Of a stretch of DNA of 64,000 nucleotides, positions 63,693-64,000 are shown piece by piece. The stretch comes from a virus: the IMG/VR virus record IMGVR_UViG_3300035670_010555, positions 32,001 to 96,000 of that record; one strand, written 5' to 3'. The first letter of the stretch is position 1; each line of letters starts with the position of its first letter. The position numbers and the translations under genes are program-made. Under the pieces are notes generated by a model that saw only the letters and a program-made list of their open reading frames with translations, did not search any database and was not told the DNA's origin.

Positions 63693-64000
63693 ATGCCATT
63701 AGATATAAATTCAGCTCAGCAAACAATTCAAAGTAAAATTGATGCATACAAAACTTACAGGGAGGTTTCACAATCCGAAAAGAGTTTATTGGGTAAAGCG
63801 GGAAATTCAGCATCAGAAGCAACATCGCAAATATCCAGTGCATTAGATAAGGTAAGTGAATTTCAAAAAAGATTTCAAAGAGATCCTCCGAATTCGATGG
63901 ATCAGTTGTTGGGATTCTTGGGGCAAACTCAAGGGAACGGTAGTTCTACTCTAAGATATTTAAGAAGTAAAATATTACAGGCTGCGGCACAAATTGAGCC
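63693..64000 (+). CDS. Hypothetical protein, truncated at the window end
   Basis: ATG at 63693, MPLDINSAQQTIQSKIDAYKTYREV..., open to 64000. Confidence 0.65.
   Translation, partial: MPLDINSAQQTIQSKIDAYKTYREVSQSEKSLLGKAGNSASEATSQISSALDKVSEFQKRFQRDPPNSMDQLLGFLGQTQGNGSSTLRYLRSKILQAAAQIE

Noticed and set aside
1-64000. Stop-codon reassignment as in some jumbo phages
   Set aside because: Long, dense ORFs are obtained with the standard code; no systematic fragmentation

Overview
AT-rich segment of a large contractile-tailed (myovirus-like, T4-style module) bacteriophage genome, standard genetic code. The weak Shine-Dalgarno signal suggests a Bacteroidota host (inference). Left arm (1-21.2 kb, minus strand): a >2065-aa baseplate hub-like ORF running off the window, a LysM/gp53-like wedge protein, a 1703-aa tube-initiator-like protein with an OmpA-like insertion, a tape-measure-like protein, a gp26-like chaperone with a hidden frameshift-accessible gp51-like ORF, tail tube, a HAD phosphatase, tail sheath, and gp15- and gp14-like proteins. 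Middle: SNF2 helicase, an Mn/Fe-SOD fused to a PD-(D/E)xK-like domain, a gp13-like neck protein and a family B DNA polymerase with a structured leader. 29.5-39.1 kb: a co-oriented cassette of Thr/Pro-rich mucin-like proteins followed by a GT60 polypeptide GlcNAc-transferase, a GT25, two HtrL/YibB-like proteins and a BppU-like protein. This is the best candidate for an undescribed system: phage-encoded mucin-type O-glycosylation of virion proteins. 41.8-62.6 kb: a ~21 kb tightly coupled glycan and nucleotide-sugar cluster (GT2, GT4, GT10, GT11, GT75/STELLO-like, GMD-like, GME, DegT, acetyltransferase, FkbM methylases) mixed with dUTPase, an exonuclease and PhoH, followed by a gp55-like late sigma factor. 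A sense-strand TATTTAT motif precedes 14 genes. All family calls come from motif recognition only; no searches were run. No tRNA, rRNA, CRISPR array or mobile element was recognised.
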